Below, piece after piece: positions 29,087 to 38,164 of a stretch of DNA of 64,000 nucleotides (its first letter is position 1; each line of letters opens with the position of its first letter). The translations under genes were made by a program, and so were the position numbers. This stretch comes from Promethearchaeia archaeon (GTDB lineage: Archaea > Asgardarchaeota > Lokiarchaeia > Sigyniarchaeales > SOKP01), in NCBI GenBank assembly GCA_029856045.1, contig JAHQWG010000033.1, forward strand, positions 52,397-116,396. The letters are read 5' to 3'. The notes below the pieces were generated by a model. The model worked only from the letters and a program-made list of their open reading frames with translations, was not told the origin of the DNA and did no database searches.

Positions 29087-30262
29087 ATGCTATATCATAA
29101 ACATACCTATTTAATATGGTTATTAAGTCTCTCAACTATTCTAACTTCTTTTTATTTGCTCCAAATTGGAAAATCATATGCTCCAAATATTTCTTTTTTT
29201 AATAACAATAATTATTTTCAATTTAATTCTACAAATGCATATAATATAATTGAAACCCAACTTAATTTTGGATTTCGAATTCCAGGAACTGAATCTAGTA
29301 AAAATTGTGGAGATTATTTTATTGAACACATCAATACAATATCACCCACGCTTCCAATTTTTCAACATAATTTTAGTGTAAATACAATAAATTGTCGGAA
29401 TTTTCTTATAACTATTAATCCCAATAACCCTCGCATAATAATCCTCGGAGCACATTATGATAGTAGAGCAATCTCTGAAAAAGATCCTACTGTAGATAAA
29501 AGAAATGAACCATGTCCGGGAGCAAATGATGGAGCAAGTGGAGTTGCCACACTCTTGGAATTGATTAGAATTTTCTATGAAAAAAGAGAATCCCTAAATT
29601 GTTCAATATGGATTTTATTATTTGACGCTGAAGACCAAGGTAATGGAGCCTTGTCTGGTTGGGATTGGTGTGAAGGATCAAAAAAATTTGTTGAAAATAT
29701 TAATAATTATTATAATCCTGAAACCCAATCAATTGAAGCAATGATTTTGTTAGATATGGTTGGTGGGATAAATTTAGAATTTATTAATGAATTGAATTCG
29801 AATATGCTATTACTTGGTGAATTATTTGAAATTGGAAGATCTTTAGGATTTTTAGATGCATTCCCATCTGATCCGGTATCTAACGCAATAACTGATGATC
29901 ATTTACCGTTTAAAGAACTTGAAATACCAGTAGCTGATTTGATTATTAACTTTTGGAGTCCATCAAGTCCCTGGCCTTATCATCATACAACATCGGATAA
30001 TATCAGTCATATTTCACTAGGAAGTCTTGAAATAACAGGAAAAACGGTCGAAAAATTTATCTACAATCATTATTTCAACAGCCCCGAATATGAAAATGAC
30101 TCAGGATATTATCCATGGAAAGATATCAATGGAAATTTCAATTTAGATATCACATATTATATTATTTTTTTTGTATTAATTGTTGGAATAGGAATTTCAC
30201 TAATAATTATCAAAAAGAGAAATAAATTTCAAAAACCTAATAATAAGATAAAATTGAAATAA
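29087..30262 (+). CDS. M28-family metallopeptidase / glutaminyl-cyclase-like protein, membrane anchored
   Basis: 391 aa. N-terminal signal/anchor, GAHYDSR, GANDGASGVATLLEL, LFDAEDQG, C-terminal TM helix. Confidence 0.78.
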   Translation: MLYHKHTYLIWLLSLSTILTSFYLLQIGKSYAPNISFFNNNNYFQFNSTNAYNIIETQLNFGFRIPGTESSKNCGDYFIEHINTISPTLPIFQHNFSVNTINCRNFLITINPNNPRIIILGAHYDSRAISEKDPTVDKRNEPCPGANDGASGVATLLELIRIFYEKRESLNCSIWILLFDAEDQGNGALSGWDWCEGSKKFVENINNYYNPETQSIEAMILLDMVGGINLEFINELNSNMLLLGELFEIGRSLGFLDAFPSDPVSNAITDDHLPFKELEIPVADLIINFWSPSSPWPYHHTTSDNISHISLGSLEITGKTVEKFIYNHYFNSPEYENDSGYYPWKDINGNFNLDITYYIIFFVLIVGIGISLIIIKKRNKFQKPNNKIKLK

Positions 30263-30354
30263 TTCTAATTATTATGATAAATTAAAATCGTATTAGTTAT
30301 ACTTTAAATTCCAGAAATTTAATTTTTATTTAAAATGGAATAATTGTTGAGATT

Positions 30355-31107
30355 ATGGAAAATAATAAAAAGATTTCCAATTCTGAAAATGGAGAATTGA
30401 AGAAAAAAAAGTTATCTAAAAGAATCATAATTGGCATATTAATAGTTGTAATTGGATTTGGAAGCCCTTTTATTATAAATTTCTTAATGCAAGCCATTCT
30501 TCAAACTCAACACCCACTTGTTGTAGTAGTATCTGATTCTATGAATCCAGCAATTTATCGAGGCGATTTATTGATCTTGCAAGGAAAAAATCCCATAGAT
30601 ATCGTAAATGGAACAATCGAGGGAAAAAATGGCGATATAATTGTGTATGATGCACATGGGGTATGGGATGAATGGCCAAATGGTCAAGTTCCGGATGAAC
30701 CAATAGTTCATAGAATAGTTAATAAATGGTTTGATAATTCTACTGGAAAATGGATGTTCTATACTAAAGGAGATAATGATGTTACAAATACTAATATTGA
30801 CCCACCTGATGGATATTCTCAATTTGATTATAAATATCCAGTTCCAGAAGATAAGATACTTGGTGTTGTTATTGGACGAGTTCCATATATTGGCTATTTT
30901 AATATTTTCTTATCAGAAAATAATATATTTCTATATCTGATAATCGGGATTCTTGGCACTTTATTAATAATTTCTGTTTTATGGGATATTATAAGCCCCG
31001 AAAAAGAGAAAGAGAAAGAAAAAGAATCTAAACTTATAAAGGAAAAAGATAAGGAACGACGATTAAATTCTGAAAAAATCATAATTCAAGATGAATTTGA
31101 AGAATAG
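30355..31107 (+). CDS. signal peptidase I, archaeal/eukaryotic Sec11 (S26B) type
   Basis: 250 aa. TM anchor, catalytic-Ser box VVVSDSMNPAIYRGDLLIL, GDIIVYD, PIVHRIV, TKGDNDV. Second TM and an EKEKEKEKE tail. Confidence 0.88.
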   Translation: MENNKKISNSENGELKKKKLSKRIIIGILIVVIGFGSPFIINFLMQAILQTQHPLVVVVSDSMNPAIYRGDLLILQGKNPIDIVNGTIEGKNGDIIVYDAHGVWDEWPNGQVPDEPIVHRIVNKWFDNSTGKWMFYTKGDNDVTNTNIDPPDGYSQFDYKYPVPEDKILGVVIGRVPYIGYFNIFLSENNIFLYLIIGILGTLLIISVLWDIISPEKEKEKEKESKLIKEKDKERRLNSEKIIIQDEFEE

Positions 31108-31297
31108 AAGAATAAATTTTTTTGAATTATTTTACATCAATATTGGATATAAAAGAAAAATTTTAAAATTAATATACTTTTTTTGAATATAATGTTCTTT
31201 TGAACATTATTAATTGATTAATAACATAAAAAACTCTGCACACGCAGAATTACTATTAAACAATAAAACGAGAATAAATTAAAGAGAGGTTAAAAAA

Positions 31298-31582
31298 ATG
31301 GCTGGAAATGATCAACAAAATGCTGTCTTCGTTGGACGAAGGCCCACAATGAATTATGTCATGGCTACAATGATGGTACTTAACAGAGGCGATGAATGCA
31401 CAGTAAAGGCACGAGGAAGAGCAATTTCTCATGCTGTAGATGTTTGCGAAATCCTTCGCAACCGATTCTTAAAGGGAACAGAATACGGAGATATTATCTT
31501 GGGCACAGAGGAATTAGAAGGTGAAGGTGGGCAAAAAAATAATGTAAGTTCCATCGAAATTACATTGAAACCACCAAAATAA
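31298..31582 (+). CDS. albA: Alba DNA/RNA-binding chromatin protein
   Basis: 94 aa. VFVGRRPTMNYVMATMMVLNRGDECTVKARGRAISHAVDVCEILRNRF is a canonical Alba core. RBS agagaggt lies upstream. Confidence 0.93.
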   Translation: MAGNDQQNAVFVGRRPTMNYVMATMMVLNRGDECTVKARGRAISHAVDVCEILRNRFLKGTEYGDIILGTEELEGEGGQKNNVSSIEITLKPPK

Positions 31583-31601
31583 AATACCTAAACTAGAAAA
31601 C

Positions 31602-31639
31602 GTCGTTACATCGACAATACTTATCTACTTTTTTTTTTT
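31602..31639 (+). terminator. short hairpin plus T11 run downstream of alba
   Basis: gtcg (31602-31605) pairs with cgac (31612-31615). Uninterrupted T11 at 31629-31639. Confidence 0.5.
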
Positions 31640-31855
31640 ATTTTAACCCAAAATGATTATTTTAATTAAATCTCTATATTAAATGTTCATTTTTAATAAA
31701 TAGTTATTTGTATCGTAATTAGAATATTTAAATCAAGCCCATCCTGTACAAAATCTCAAACCAGGGGTAATCTCTATATGATAATAAAAAATTTAGCATA
31801 AATTTATAGAAAATATATAAATATGTTTTTATATTTTTTATAATTTATATATAAT

Positions 31856-32185
31856 ATGACAACCCGAACTACAGTAGCAATTGATAAAGAATTAAGAAAA
31901 AGGCTTAGAAAATTATCTGCATGGCTTGATATTACGCAAGCTGAGGTTATTAAACGTGCATTATCATTATTTGAAAAAGAAATTATTCAAAATATGCAAA
32001 CACCTAAAAAGCAAAATTATAATAAAAAATCTGAATCCGATATAGAAAAAATACTAAAAGATGCAACAAAAGTTATTTGGGAAAAAGACCCAGAAAGAAG
32101 GACTTTACAACGGAAATTATCTGCCGGACCTGAAATAATTGATGATTTTATTCTAGATAATTGGTATACGGGATTGGAAGAATGA
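31856..32185 (+). CDS. ribbon-helix-helix (CopG/VapB-like) antitoxin
   Basis: 109 aa. N-terminal TTVAIDKELRKRLRKLSAWLDITQAEVIKRAL is a typical RHH. The stop overlaps the next start (ATGA). Confidence 0.7.
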   Translation: MTTRTTVAIDKELRKRLRKLSAWLDITQAEVIKRALSLFEKEIIQNMQTPKKQNYNKKSESDIEKILKDATKVIWEKDPERRTLQRKLSAGPEIIDDFILDNWYTGLEE

Positions 32186-32622
32186 TATTACAAAACACAA
32201 CAACAAAATTAGATAAAAATAAAAATTGGTTAGCTCTCGATTCTAACGTATTTAGGAATCTAGATTTTATTAACTTTTTAACTCTAAAGAAATTAGAGTT
32301 TCATATTTTTATGCCTACTATTGTTCAATTAGAAGTGGGATACTATTATAAAGCGCGAGGAATTACATGGGAAGAATTTAAAAAAGACATACAAAAATTT
32401 GGTGGCATTTTCATACAATGGGATAATAAATTAATTCCAGAAGCAATTCGATTTGCCTTTATTGAAAAAAAACATCTCCCCTTCAAAAAACACTTTCGAG
32501 ATTTTTTAATAGGTGTTGAGTGTAAAAATATTCCCACTCCATTAATTACATATAATAAAAATCATTTTACTTGGTTGAAAGATATTAATATCTATACACC
32601 AGAAGAATATCTCCACAAATAA
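32182..32622 (+). CDS. vapC: PIN-domain ribonuclease toxin (VapC-like)
   Basis: The ATG at 32182 overlaps the upstream TGA and is preferred over the track start 32161. Acidic signature LALDSNVF, VQLEV, FRDFLIG, LITYNKNHF. Confidence 0.7.
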   Translation: MILQNTTTKLDKNKNWLALDSNVFRNLDFINFLTLKKLEFHIFMPTIVQLEVGYYYKARGITWEEFKKDIQKFGGIFIQWDNKLIPEAIRFAFIEKKHLPFKKHFRDFLIGVECKNIPTPLITYNKNHFTWLKDINIYTPEEYLHK

Positions 32623-32761
32623 AACTTAAATAGGGATTAATTTTTTATTTTGATAGATTTTTTTTAAAAAAACCTAATTATAGTAGATTTAAAATTAATA
32701 ATAATTTTAAAATTGATTAGATTATTTCATAAAATAGGTTTTTAAAAGGATTTGAAAAATT

Positions 32762-33904
32762 ATGTCAGAAGAAAAATATAAAAAAGCCGCAAGAATAATT
32801 GTAAAAGCAGGATTTCTTCCTTTTCCAATTAGTGACACTTTACTTGAAATATCGAAGTTATTAATTAATGAAAATGAATTGGATTTAATTTTTGCTTTTA
32901 AACGGCAAGTTTCTCAAACTATGGAGCAATTAAAAAAGAGTAGCAAAATGGATGTTGATGAAATATTAAAAAATATAGAGTCTTTAGCCAAAAAGGGTTT
33001 AATTTTCGATCAACCAAGTTCTAAAGGTGTTATGGTTTATAGACTACTACCTTTATTGAATGTTGGCGTTTTTGAATATACTTTTATGAAAAAGCTTGAG
33101 TACTCAGAAAAGGAAAAGAAATTTGCAATCTTATTTGAGAAATTATTTAGTGAATATAAAGATTTTGTTCAAGATAATTACGATTCAATTGTACCATTTC
33201 TTCAGACAATGCCTCCTGTTGATCGTACAATTCCAATAGTAGAAAAAAATGTGGAAGGTAAAGATATTGAAATATCCGTTAATGAAGAGTTAGAAGCACC
33301 CCAGGAAGAAGTCTTGCTCGCACAGAACGTAGAAGAAATAATTAATAAATTTGATGATATTGCGGTTGGATTTTGTTATTGCCGACATCATAAAGATTTA
33401 CTGGGCGATTCGTGCAAAATTAATGCACCACGAGAGAATTGTTTCACTTTTGGAAAGTCAGCTAGATTTACTACTAAACAAGGTTTTGCTAGAATGGTTA
33501 CAAAAGAAGAGGCATTAAAAATATTAAGGGAGGCTGAAGAATATGGATTAGTACATAAAGCATTCCATCCACATTCAGATATATATAAAGCTGAAACTTC
33601 AATTTGTAACTGTTGCACTTGCTGCTGTGAAACTTTTGATCAATTTAGGAAAGGTGCTTTGCCTATAATTAATGTAACCAATTATTTATCGTGTGTGAAT
33701 CCTGATCTTTGCATAGGCTGTGGAACATGCATAGAAAAGTGTCCCATTGGTGCAATATCATTAAATGATGAAAATATCGCTGAAGTGAATGATTCTTATT
33801 GTATTGGATGCGGAATATGCGCTCATTTCTGTCCAGAAACAGCAATATCCTTATTAGAAGGGAGAAGGACTGTTTATATCCCTCCTCCAAGATTAAAATC
33901 TTAA
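32762..33904 (+). CDS. Cys-rich Fe-S protein with a C-terminal 2x[4Fe-4S] ferredoxin domain
   Basis: 380 aa. CIGCGTCIEKCPIGAI and CIGCGICAHFCPETAI. Upstream clusters GFCYCRHH..DSC and ICNCCTCCCETF. Helical, wHTH-like N-terminus. Confidence 0.7.
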   Translation: MSEEKYKKAARIIVKAGFLPFPISDTLLEISKLLINENELDLIFAFKRQVSQTMEQLKKSSKMDVDEILKNIESLAKKGLIFDQPSSKGVMVYRLLPLLNVGVFEYTFMKKLEYSEKEKKFAILFEKLFSEYKDFVQDNYDSIVPFLQTMPPVDRTIPIVEKNVEGKDIEISVNEELEAPQEEVLLAQNVEEIINKFDDIAVGFCYCRHHKDLLGDSCKINAPRENCFTFGKSARFTTKQGFARMVTKEEALKILREAEEYGLVHKAFHPHSDIYKAETSICNCCTCCCETFDQFRKGALPIINVTNYLSCVNPDLCIGCGTCIEKCPIGAISLNDENIAEVNDSYCIGCGICAHFCPETAISLLEGRRTVYIPPPRLKS

Positions 33905-34029
33905 TATCATTAAATAAATTTTGTTTTCTTTTTATTTTTAAGAGAAAATATTTACAAATCCAATTATTTAAGATTATTTAGGTTGATTTTTCCCTTTTGG
34001 AATTATTATTTAGAAAGATTCATATAAAA

Positions 34030-34386
34030 TTAATAAAATTGAGTTCGCAACTTAGAAATCAAAAGACCCTTATCCAATACTTGAATACCATTGTTTTTTC
34101 CAAATTTTTCTGAAAATTCACTAGATTTACTACAAATCATAACTCCCCCCTCAATATCATCAATATCATTGCAAGCTTTATTTAATTGACGAATCTGAGT
34201 TATTGAGATTTCTCGTTTCCAATCTCGAATAAAGACTCCAAATTTTCCGTTGTCTAATATTAATGCGTCAAATTTCCAAACTTTTCCTGATTTACCTCGA
34301 AATGTTTTTTCTTCATCTATATATCGATAATTCGCAGAAAATAAAATTTTTGCTAATTCTCGCAGGTTTTTATCTTTTAAATCCAA
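34030..34386 (-). CDS. restriction-endonuclease-fold (Mrr-cat-like) small protein
   Basis: 118 aa with a TTG start. FDALILD..GVFIRDWK..ISITQIRQL..GGVMICS..QVLDKGLL follows the D..(E/D)xK nuclease-core layout. Confidence 0.5.
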   Translation of the reverse strand: MDLKDKNLRELAKILFSANYRYIDEEKTFRGKSGKVWKFDALILDNGKFGVFIRDWKREISITQIRQLNKACNDIDDIEGGVMICSKSSEFSEKFGKNNGIQVLDKGLLISKLRTQFY

Positions 34387-34443
34387 TTCACATGCACATT
34401 TTTTTTCTTTTTTAGCGAAATATTGAGATGGTATCTAAATCTA
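34346..34443 (-). repeat. copy A of a tandemly duplicated promoter plus 5'-coding segment
   Basis: atttttgctaattctcgcaggtttttatcttttaaatccaatt (34346-34388) and gtatctaaatcta (34431-34443) recur about 350 bp further along. Confidence 0.8.
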
Positions 34444-34524
34444 GTTTATTTTTAAAAAATATTTAACATAATATAATATTGAGAAAGTATATCAATTTTT
34501 GTCGGATTTCCATTTTTTATTAAT

Positions 34525-34734
34525 TTAATCTAACTTGATTAATGAATCATCTCTGATATTTGAATCAATTTCTTTCGAATAATTTTTAAAAATTTCATCA
34601 AAATTTTTTACTAAATTATTTGCTAAGACTTCACATCTATTAGAGAATTCAATTTTTTCTATATCTGTTTCTCGATATCTTTCGATTGATAGTATTTTTG
34701 CTAATTCTCTCAGATTTTTTTCATTTATATCCAA
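34525..34734 (-). CDS. small protein sharing its 5' end with 34030..34386
   Basis: 69 aa with a TTG start. The first ~20 aa (MDINEKNLRELAKIL) are paralogous to MDLKDKNLRELAKIL, and the rest is unrelated. Confidence 0.4.
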   Translation of the reverse strand: MDINEKNLRELAKILSIERYRETDIEKIEFSNRCEVLANNLVKNFDEIFKNYSKEIDSNIRDDSLIKLD

Positions 34735-34795
34735 TTAAATTTCACAACTTTTAATTTCAATTTGTTAAATATTATTAGTATAGTATCTAAATCTA
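34694..34795 (-). repeat. copy B of the tandemly duplicated promoter plus 5'-coding segment
   Basis: atttttgctaattctctcagatttttttcatttatatccaatt (34694-34736) and gtatctaaatcta (34783-34795). Confidence 0.8.
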
Positions 34796-34841
34796 CATCT
34801 GTGGGATATTTAATACATTGTGATATCTGCGGAATATCCTT

Positions 34842-35690
34842 CTAAAAAAAAGCACTAATTTTTATTAGAGGATAATCTCCTTTATTAGGACCAAATTTTT
34901 CTAAATATAAATCCAAGATGCTTTTAAAAAAGTTTATTATATTAATCGCAACTACTTCACAAATATTGTTACAATCAAAGTAATTATCTAGAAGCAAAGG
35001 ACATCTTGGATTAAATTTTTTACAATATTTTTTCATTTGGAGTGAAAATCCTTCTGCTTGAAGTGTTTCAAAATAATTCCATGAGTCTTTGAATCCAGCA
35101 AACTCACAAGGCTTTATTTCTTGAAGTCTCTCTTCTAAAGATTTTTTATTGAATTTGAATTTTAAACGGTGTTTTATTTTTTTCAATTCAATAGCAAATT
35201 CTGCTTGACTCCAATTACTATACATCTGGAGTAAAGCTTCAGCTTTTATAACCTTTTCAGGTGAAATTATTCTCCAACCATCTGCTCTTTTACATTTAAT
35301 ATTTTTATTTTCAAAATTATCAAAATTAGTCGGATATATCCAACACTGAGGAGGTTTAAGACCTGTGGAATGGAGTTTACATCCATTTATCTTTTTATCA
35401 TAGAATGAGCACTTTGCTGTTTTGTCATCAATCCTTATTTGAAATGAAAAAACATCTCCTCTAATAAAATCTTTTTCTTTACCTAATCTTTGTCTTATAA
35501 TTTCTTCAGCTAATATTTTTGGGACATCGATAAATATAGAGCAGCAATCAGCATGGCAAATATTTGGGTTTGTACAATCAGGACCTGTTATTCCCTCTTT
35601 CATTAATTTATTGTAATTCCTGATAATTTCTAATATATCCTTTTCAAGGATATTTTGATTTTCTTCTCTATTCAGTTCATTTACTTTCAA
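34842..35690 (-). CDS. YkgJ-like cysteine-cluster (zinc/iron-chelating) domain protein
   Basis: 282 aa. CTNPNICHADCCS..., then KCSFYDKKINGCKLH..KPPQCWIYP resembles the YkgJ/UPF0153 layout (C.fl....C.iy..RP..C..yP). Confidence 0.5.
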   Translation of the reverse strand: MKVNELNREENQNILEKDILEIIRNYNKLMKEGITGPDCTNPNICHADCCSIFIDVPKILAEEIIRQRLGKEKDFIRGDVFSFQIRIDDKTAKCSFYDKKINGCKLHSTGLKPPQCWIYPTNFDNFENKNIKCKRADGWRIISPEKVIKAEALLQMYSNWSQAEFAIELKKIKHRLKFKFNKKSLEERLQEIKPCEFAGFKDSWNYFETLQAEGFSLQMKKYCKKFNPRCPLLLDNYFDCNNICEVVAINIINFFKSILDLYLEKFGPNKGDYPLIKISAFF

Positions 35691-35926
35691 ATTTCTTCAT
35701 TTATTATAATAAAAGGGGATTAAGCAAAAACATAGCGGTAATTTCTAATATCATTCAAAACGTATCGAAATTAAATTTATTTTGTTTTTTAATATTAAAA
35801 ATTATTTAAGAATTCAATTTTTTATTTAAGAATTACTATAAATTATTTATTACATAATTTATATTAAATCTATAAGAAACATCATACAATACCCCTAATT
35901 AATTAAAATTTTAAGGTATAAGTTAA

Positions 35927-38089
35927 ATGAGTGATACAGAATTTAAAAAAAATTTATTAATTGTAATTGATATAACCGAAAAAGAAAATACTATTCTCAA
36001 CGATTTAGGAAATATTAAAGAAATAAGTGGAAACGGAAAATTAATTATAAAAAATCCGTCTGATAAAAGTCGATTGTGGAACATTACATGTGATCTAAAA
36101 GAAACGGTAAAAACTTCATTTTCTGCACGTGAAATAAAAATAGATACTCTAGACCCGTTAAAGGATTTTTCTTCCAATTATACAATTTCTAACATAAAAG
36201 AACCTCTTTTAACAGTTACTGAAAAATTCGATACTTTATCAGATTTTTCAGATCGAGAAAATAACACGTTTTTATTTGCTCAAGATACTAAATGTCAGTT
36301 AAAACTCCATTTAACAAATCAAATAAGTGGAGATATTATCAATATTAAACTTATTAAAGAGATTCCTCCTATACTTAAAGATATTGAGCTCGTTCCACCT
36401 AATAATGGAACAGCTTCAATGAAAGAAGAAGAAGGTTCGAATAAAATATTTTGGGAATTAAACTCTTTAGGTGTTGGTCAATCGGCTGAATTAGTAGTAA
36501 ATTGTATTGGATTAGCAAATTCCGTAGAAATGCAACCACTTGGAGAAATAAGTGCTACATATCTAGTAAACAATAGAATATTAACAATGATTGATCCAGA
36601 TATAGTTGCAATAACAGATTCGATGAGTGGAGTAACAAGGGATGAAGGTAGCAAACCAGGGGTATGGGATTGTAATGTTGAATTCATTAATGAATCTGAA
36701 TTTCAAGTAAAGTTAAATGATGTAAGAGTAGAACATAATATTATTACTGGGAAAGAAATTGTAGTATCCCAAGCACCCGGAAAGATTTTAAACAGAGACC
36801 AAGCATGGGATTATGATTTCATTGTTGAATCTAAAGAAGTCCCTCAATTAGAACCAACTTTCGAATTCACTACTTTATTTACAGTGATAAAACGAGTTGA
36901 GGGAACTATATATAAAGAACCATTATATTATCCCGTACTTCGGGCAGAAGTTTCAAAAGATATTAAACCAAATGAGGTAGGAGCTTATGCAAATACTGAT
37001 ATGGAAATCTTTAACACTATTTTTAATAAAGGATCAGCTCCAATCGATAAATTACTGATTACAGATGAAATAAACGAAGATTTTGAACCTCCAGACCTGA
37101 ATAAAATTAAACTCTTTGCAAAAACTGGTGGGGAATTAAAAGGAATTTTCGGTAATGAATATGTTAAGGTATTTCAAATTACCCCGGATAATAAGGACTT
37201 GACAAAATCTCATAGAATAGAAATTGAACTATTTAATATGGCAAATGACTTATCATCAGATAGTACTTTAGAAATTTCTTATCCAATAATTGCTCGAAAT
37301 CCAAAACCTGATAAATCGTATCAAATTCCAATTACTGTTCAGTTAAATACGAAAATTGAAGGAAAACCCTATATTATTGGCCCAAGTGAAACACCGGAAA
37401 TAAGAATTAAATATATTGCTAGAAAATTTAAGACTCTTAAAAGTATTAAGCCAGGTAGTGCAGCGGGGGAGTTTATTGTAAGTATTCGACTCCAAAATCA
37501 AGGAAATGTTGAATTAGAAAATATTCTATTTAAGGATAAAATTCCAGTCAATTTTGAATTGATAAGCTTTTCTCCAATGGAATTGAAATATGAGTTAAAT
37601 AAGATTGAAAATGAATCTGAATTAGTTGTAAGAATTATAGAGTTAAAAGCTGATACTGTATTGAAGATCGAATATCAATGTTCTGGTATTGGTGAATACC
37701 CACGACATGAACCAGTAGTTATTGTTGAAGGAAGGAAAGACGTCATTTCTCAGCCTGAAGAAAATGTAGAACCAACTGTAAGTAGAACACCCGAATCATC
37801 AATAAGTTCCTTTGCAGAAAACATATCATTCTCAATTAAATCACAAATTATTGATGAGATTATTAATCTTGAGAAAAAAATTACCCCTGGATTAAAATCA
37901 GTGGATGTTGCCAATATGATTGAATATATGAGAGATCTTATTGCTAACATTGCGAGAGTTGGTCCCTTTATTCATGAAATTGGACAAATTGCAAAAGAGT
38001 TTAAAGATCTAGGAGAAAAAACCGTTGTTGGTGAATCTCACGATAAAATTACCAAAAAAATCAAAGAATGGAAAGCTAAATTTTCATAA
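35927..38089 (+). CDS. hypothetical cytoplasmic multi-beta-sandwich (DUF11/CARDB-like repeat) protein with a C-terminal helical module
   Basis: 720 aa, no signal peptide. Several segments follow the pattern ..v.N.G...l.ni...D.iP..fe.. (for example IRLQNQGNVELENILFKDKIPVNFELI). The last ~80 aa are helical. Confidence 0.45.
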   Translation: MSDTEFKKNLLIVIDITEKENTILNDLGNIKEISGNGKLIIKNPSDKSRLWNITCDLKETVKTSFSAREIKIDTLDPLKDFSSNYTISNIKEPLLTVTEKFDTLSDFSDRENNTFLFAQDTKCQLKLHLTNQISGDIINIKLIKEIPPILKDIELVPPNNGTASMKEEEGSNKIFWELNSLGVGQSAELVVNCIGLANSVEMQPLGEISATYLVNNRILTMIDPDIVAITDSMSGVTRDEGSKPGVWDCNVEFINESEFQVKLNDVRVEHNIITGKEIVVSQAPGKILNRDQAWDYDFIVESKEVPQLEPTFEFTTLFTVIKRVEGTIYKEPLYYPVLRAEVSKDIKPNEVGAYANTDMEIFNTIFNKGSAPIDKLLITDEINEDFEPPDLNKIKLFAKTGGELKGIFGNEYVKVFQITPDNKDLTKSHRIEIELFNMANDLSSDSTLEISYPIIARNPKPDKSYQIPITVQLNTKIEGKPYIIGPSETPEIRIKYIARKFKTLKSIKPGSAAGEFIVSIRLQNQGNVELENILFKDKIPVNFELISFSPMELKYELNKIENESELVVRIIELKADTVLKIEYQCSGIGEYPRHEPVVIVEGRKDVISQPEENVEPTVSRTPESSISSFAENISFSIKSQIIDEIINLEKKITPGLKSVDVANMIEYMRDLIANIARVGPFIHEIGQIAKEFKDLGEKTVVGESHDKITKKIKEWKAKFS

Positions 38090-38164
38090 AAATCTAATTT
38101 TTATATATATCTTTTTTTATTATTAATTGAAATGAAGTTATAGAAAGCACAGATTTATTGCTTT

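Noticed and set aside
30990-31030. Short tandem repeats (GAA/GAG-rich EKEKEK-coding run here; 9-nt repeat at 58266-58301) as possible CRISPR or satellite arrays
   Set aside because: They lie inside ORFs and in frame, are only a few units long and have no spacer structure. They are coding low-complexity tails.
31191-31208. Perfect 7-bp hairpin/palindrome aatgttc-tttt-gaacatt between the signal peptidase gene and alba, as an operator or terminator
   Set aside because: A single short AT-rich palindrome with no flanking T-run directly after it and no second copy. It cannot be distinguished from chance.
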